64,000 nt of DNA, taken from Auanema rhodensis. Lineage: Eukaryota; Animalia; Nematoda. The position numbers and the translations under genes are program-made. This document shows, in pieces, positions 58,401-64,000 of this stretch (the stretch's first letter is position 1; the number at the start of each line of letters is the position of its first letter). The notes below the pieces were generated by a model. It searched no databases, was not told where the DNA came from, and saw nothing but the letters and a program-made list of their open reading frames with translations. The stretch covers positions 6,572,001-6,636,000 of the forward strand of contig OZ059894.1 in NCBI GenBank assembly GCA_964057225.1, read 5' to 3'.

Positions 58401-61400
58401 TGAAGTTCCATAACTTAATCATACCTTGATTCTTAGCAACAACAATACTCCACGTTTTCAAGCGCATTTTGAATGATCCACGAAGTGAATTTCATTGGTC
58501 ATCATGTAAACGCAATGACTGATTATTAAAGGTTCAAGATATGTCGATATCATATCCGTTGTGGTCTAGTGGTTAGGATTTATGGCTCTCACCCATAAGG
58601 CCGGGGTTCGATTCCCCGCAACGGAATACGTTTTACGCTTTCTTCAAGTTTTTAAATGCTCAAGCTACTTCTGAAGTTCCATAACTTAATCATACCTTGA
58701 TTCTTAGCAACAACAATACTCCACGTTTTCAAGCGCATTTTGAATGATCCACGAAGTGAATTTCATTGGTCATCATGTAAACGCAATGACTGATTATTAA
58801 AGGTTCAAGTTATGTCGATATCATATCCGTTGTGGTCTAGTGGTTAGGATTTATGGCTCTCACCCATAAGGCCGGGGTTCGATTCCCCGCAACGGAATAC
58901 GTTTTACGCTTTCTTCAAGTTTTTAAATGATCAAGCTACTTCTGAAGTTCCATAACTTAATCATACCTTGATTCTTAGGCAACAACAATACTCCACGTTT
59001 TCAAGCGTATTTTGAATGATCCACGAATTGAATTTCATTGGTCATCATGTAAACGTAATGACTGATTATTAAAGGTTCAAGTTATGTCGATATCATATCC
59101 GTTGTGGTCTAGTGGTTAGGATTTATGGCTCTCACCCATAAGGCCGGGGTTCGATTCCCCGCAACGGAATACGTTTTACGCTTTCTTCAAGTTTTTAAAT
59201 GCTCAAGCTACTTCTGAAGTTCCATAACTTAATCATAGATTGATTCTTAGGCAACAACAATACTCCACGTTTTCAAGCGCATTTTGAATGATCCACGAAT
59301 TGAATTTCATTGGTCATCATGTAAACGCAATGACTGATTATTAAAGGTTCAAGATATGTCGATATCATATCCGTTGTGGTCTAGTGGTTAGGATTTATGG
59401 CTCTCACCCATGAGGCCGGGGTTCGATTCCCCGCAACGGAATACGTTTTACGCTTTCTTCAAGTTTTTAAATGCTCAAGCTACTTCTGAAGTTCCATAAC
59501 TTAATCATAGATTGATTCTTAGGCAACAACAATACTCCACGTTTTCAAGCGCATTTTGAATGATCCACGAATTGAATTTCATTGGTCATCATGTAAACGC
59601 AATGACTGATTATTAAAGGTTCAAGTTATGTCGATATCATATCCGTTGTGGTCTAGTGGTTAGGATTTATGGCTCTCACCCATGAGGCCGGGGTTCGATT
59701 CCCCGCAACGGAATACGTTTTACGCTTTCTTCAAGTTTTTAAATGCTCAAGCTACTTCTGAAAATCCATAACTTAATCATACCTTGATTCTTAGGCAACA
59801 ACAATACTCCACGTTTTCAAGCGCATTTTGAATGATCCACGAATTGAATTTCATTGGTCATTATGTAAACGCAATGACTGATTATGAAAGGTTCAAGTTA
59901 TGTCGATATCATATCCGTTGTGGTCTAGTGGTTAGGATTTATGGCTCTCACCCATAAGGCCGGGGTTCGATTCCCCGCAACGGAATACGTTTTACGCTTT
60001 CTTCAAGTTTTTAAATGATCAAGCTACTTCTGAAGTTCCATAACTTAATCATACCTTGATTCTTAGGCAACAACAATACTCCACGTTTTCAAGCGTATTT
60101 TGAATGATCCACGAATTGAATTTCATTGGTCATCATGTAAACGTAATGACTGATTATTAAAGGTTCAAGTTATGTCGATATCATATCCGTTGTGGTCTAG
60201 TGGTTAGGATTTATGGCTCTCACCCATAAGGCCGGGGTTCGATTCCCCGCAACGGAATACGTTTTACGCTTTCTTCAAGTTTTTAAATGCTCAAGCTACT
60301 TCTGAAGTTCCATAACTTAATCATAGATTGATTCTTAGGCAACAACAATACTCCACGTTTTCAAGCGCATTTTGAATGATCCACGAATTGAATTTCATTG
60401 GTCATCATGTAAACGCAATGACTGATTATTAAAGGTTCAAGATATGTCGATATCATATCCGTTGTGGTCTAGTGGTTAGGATTTATGGCTCTCACCCATG
60501 AGGCCGGGGTTCGATTCCCCGCAACGGAATACGTTTTACGCTTTCTTCAAGTTTTTAAATGCTCAAGCTACTTCTGAAGTTCCATAACTTAATCATAGAT
60601 TGATTCTTAGGCAACAACAATACTCCACGTTTTCAAGCGCATTTTGAATGATCCACGAATTGAATTTCATTGGTCATCATGTAAACGCAATGACTGATTA
60701 TTAAAGGTTCAAGTTATGTCGATATCATATCCGTTGTGGTCTAGTGGTTAGGATTTATGGCTCTCACCCATGAGGCCGGGGTTCGATTCCCCGCAACGGA
60801 ATACGTTTTACGCTTTCTTCAAGTTTTTAAATGCTCAAGCTACTTCTGAAAATCCATAACTTAATCATACCTTGATTCTTAGGCAACAACAATACTCCAC
60901 GTTTTCAAGCGCATTTTGAATGATCCACGAATTGAATTTCATTGGTCATTATGTAAACGCAATGACTGATTATGAAAGGTTCAAGTTATGTCGATATCAT
61001 ATCCGTTGTGGTCTAGTGGTTAGGATTTATGGCTCTCACCCATAAGGCCGGGGTTCGATTCCCCGCAACGGAATACGTTTTACGCTTTCTTCAAGTTTTT
61101 AAATGCTCAAGCTACTTCTGAAGTTCCATAACTTAATCATAGATTGATTCTTAGGCAACAACAATACTCCACGTTTTCAAGCGCATTTTGAATGATCCAC
61201 GAATTGAATTTCATTGGTCATCATGTAAACGCAATGACTGATTATTAAAGGTTCAAGTTATGACGATAACATATCCGTTGTGGTCTAGTGGTTAGGATTT
61301 ATGGCTCTCACCCATAAGGCCGGGGTTCGATTCCCCGCAACGGAATACGTTTTACGCTTTCTTCAAGTTTTTAAATGCTCAAGCTACTTCTGAAGTTCCA

Positions 61401-63719
61401 TAACTTAATCATACCTTGATTCTTAGCAACAACAATACTCCACGTTTTCAAGCGCATTTTGAATGATCCACGAAGTGAATTTCATTGGTCATCATGTAAA
61501 CGCAATGACTGATTATTAAAGGTTCAAGATATGTCGATATCATATCCGTTGTGGTCTAGTGGTTAGGATTTATGGCTCTCACCCATAAGGCCGGGGTTCG
61601 ATTCCCCGCAACGGAATACGTTTTACGCTTTCTTCAAGTTTTTAAATGATCAAGCTACTTCTGAAGTTCCATAACTTAATCATACCTTGATTCTTAGCAA
61701 CAACAATACTCCACGTTTTCAAGCGCATTTTGAATGATCCACGAAGTGAATTTCATTGGTCATCATGTAAACGCAATGACTGATTATTAAAGGTTCAAGT
61801 TATGTCGATATCATATCCGTTGTGGTCTAGTGGTTAGGATTTATGGCTCTCACCCATAAGGCCGGGGTTCGATTCCCCGCAACGGAATACGTTTTACGCT
61901 TTCTTCAAGTTTTTAAATGATCAAGCTACTTCTGAAGTTCCATAACTTAATCATACCTTGATTCTTAGGCAACAACAATACTCCACGTTTTCAAGCGTAT
62001 TTTGAATGATCCACGAATTGAATTTCATTGGTCATCATGTAAACGTAATGACTGATTATTAAAGGTTCAAGTTATGTCGATATCATATCCGTTGTGGTCT
62101 AGTGGTTAGGATTTATGGCTCTCACCCATAAGGCCGGGGTTCGATTCCCCGCAACGGAATACGTTTTACGCTTTCTTCAAGTTTTTAAATGCTCAAGCTA
62201 CTTCTGAAGTTCCATAACTTAATCATAGATTGATTCTAAGGCAACAACAATACTCCACGTTTTCAAGCGCATTTTGAATGATCCACGAATTGAATTTCAT
62301 TGGTCATTATGTAAACACAATGACTGATTATGAAAGGTTCAAGTTATGTCGATATCATATCCGTTGTGGTCTAGTGGTAAGGATTTATGGCTCTCACCCA
62401 TAAGGCCGGGGTTCGATTCCCCGCAACGGAATACGTTTTACGCTTTCTTCAAGTTTTTAAATGCTCAAGCTACTTCTGAAGTTCCATAACTTAATCATAG
62501 ATTGATTCTTAGGCAACAACAATACTCCACGTTTTCAAGCGCATTTTGAATGATCCACGAATTGAATTTCATTGGTCATCATGTAAACGTAATGACTGAT
62601 TATTAAAGGTTCAAGTTATGTCGATATCATATCCGTTGTGGTCTAGTGGTTAGGATTTATGGCTCTCACCCATAAGGCCGGGGTTCGATTCCCCGCAACG
62701 GAATACGTTTTACGCTTTCTTCAAGTTTTTAAATGCTCAAGCTACTTCTGAAAATCCATAACTTAATCATACCTTGATTCTTAGGCAACAACAATACTCC
62801 ACGTTTTCAAGCGTATTTTGAATGATCCACGAATTGAATTTCATTGGTCATCATGTAAACGTAATGACTGATTATTAAAGGTTCAAGTTATGTCGATATC
62901 ATATCCGTTGTGGTCTAGTGGTTAGGATTTATGGCTCTCACCCATAAGGCCGGGGTTCGATTCCCCGCAACGGAATACGTTTTACGCTTTCTTCAAGTTT
63001 TTAAATGCTCAAGCAACTTCTGAAGTTCCATAACTTAATCATAGATTGATTCTTAGGCAACAACAATACTCCACGTTTTCAAGCGCATTTTGAATGATCC
63101 ACGAATTGAATTTCATTGGTCATTATGTAAACGCAATGACTGATTATGAAAGGTTCAAGTTATGTCGATATCATATCCGTTGTGGTCTAGTGGTTAGGAT
63201 TTATGGCTCTCACCCATAAGGCCGGGGTTCGATTCCCCGCAACGGAATACGTTTTACGCTTTCTTCAAGTTTTTAAATGCTCAAGCAACTTCTGAAGTTC
63301 CATAACTTAATCATAGATTGATTCTTAGGCAACAACAATACTCCACGTTTTCAAGCGCATTTTGAATGATCCACGAATTGAATTTCATTGGTCATCATGT
63401 AAACGTAATGACTGATTATTAAAGGTTCAAGTTATGTCGATATCATATCCGTTGTGGTCTAGTGGTTAGGATTTATGGCTCTCACCCATAAGGCCGGGGT
63501 TCGATTCCCCGCAACGGAATACGTTTTACGCTTTCTTCAAGTTTTTAAATGCTCAAGCTACTTCTGAAAATCCATAACTTAATCATACCTTGATTCTTAG
63601 GCAACAACAATACTCCACGTTTTCAAGCGTATTTTGAATGATCCACGAATTGAATTTCATTGGTCATCATGTAAACGTAATGACTGATTATTAAAGGTTC
63701 AAGTTATGTCGATATCATA

Positions 63720-63791
63720 TCCGTTGTGGTCTAGTGGTTAGGATTTATGGCTCTCACCCATAAGGCCGGGGTTCGATTCCCCGCAACGGAA
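63720..63791 (+). tRNA. trnE: tRNA-Glu(CTC), last complete copy in window
   Basis: Identical to consensus copy. Confidence 0.97.
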
Positions 63792-64000
63792 TACGTTTTA
63801 CGCTTTCTTCAAGTTTTTAAATGCTCAAGCAACTTCTGAAGTTCCATAACTTAATCATAGATTGATTCTTAGGCAACAACAATACTCCACGTTTTCAAGC
63901 GCATTTTGAATGATCCACGAATTGAATTTCATTGGTCATTATGTAAACGCAATGACTGATTATGAAAGGTTCAAGTTATGTCGATATCATATCCGTTGTG

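Larger units (their letters stand above)
46292..64000 (+). repeat. Tandem tRNA-Glu(CTC) array, right arm (~65 complete copies plus a partial at 63992; continues beyond window)
   Basis: tRNA starts 46354 ... 63720; 17366 bp = 64 periods of 272 minus small indels. Confidence 0.98.

Overview
Eukaryotic DNA, most likely nematode (judged from the tRNA sequence, short-intron signals and retroelement families). About 42 kb is a head-to-tail tandem array of a 271-272 bp unit, each carrying one intronless tRNA-Glu(CTC) gene on the + strand: about 89 copies in 1-24136, one at 36309 and about 65 in 46292-64000, ~155 in all, running off both window edges. Two intact, apparently very young, envelope-carrying LTR retroelements interrupt the array in neighbouring spacers, both on the - strand. 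Element A (24137-36207) is Ty3/gypsy-type with 366-bp LTRs ending CG...CG, a 4-bp TSD and a tRNA-Gln PBS. Its single ~2900-codon ORF has the unusual order Gag - signal peptide - herpesvirus-gB-like (class III) Env - TM - protease - RT - RNase H - integrase, and its leader holds a spliced antisense gene. Element B (36513-46291) is BEL/Pao-type with 360-bp TG...CA LTRs, a 5-bp TSD, a tRNA-Gly PBS, a Gag-Pol-Env ORF with a phlebovirus-Gc-like (class II) Env, and an extra downstream zinc-knuckle ORF. Both leaders show complementarity to the primer tRNA beyond the PBS. All family assignments come from motifs recognised by eye; no searches were run.
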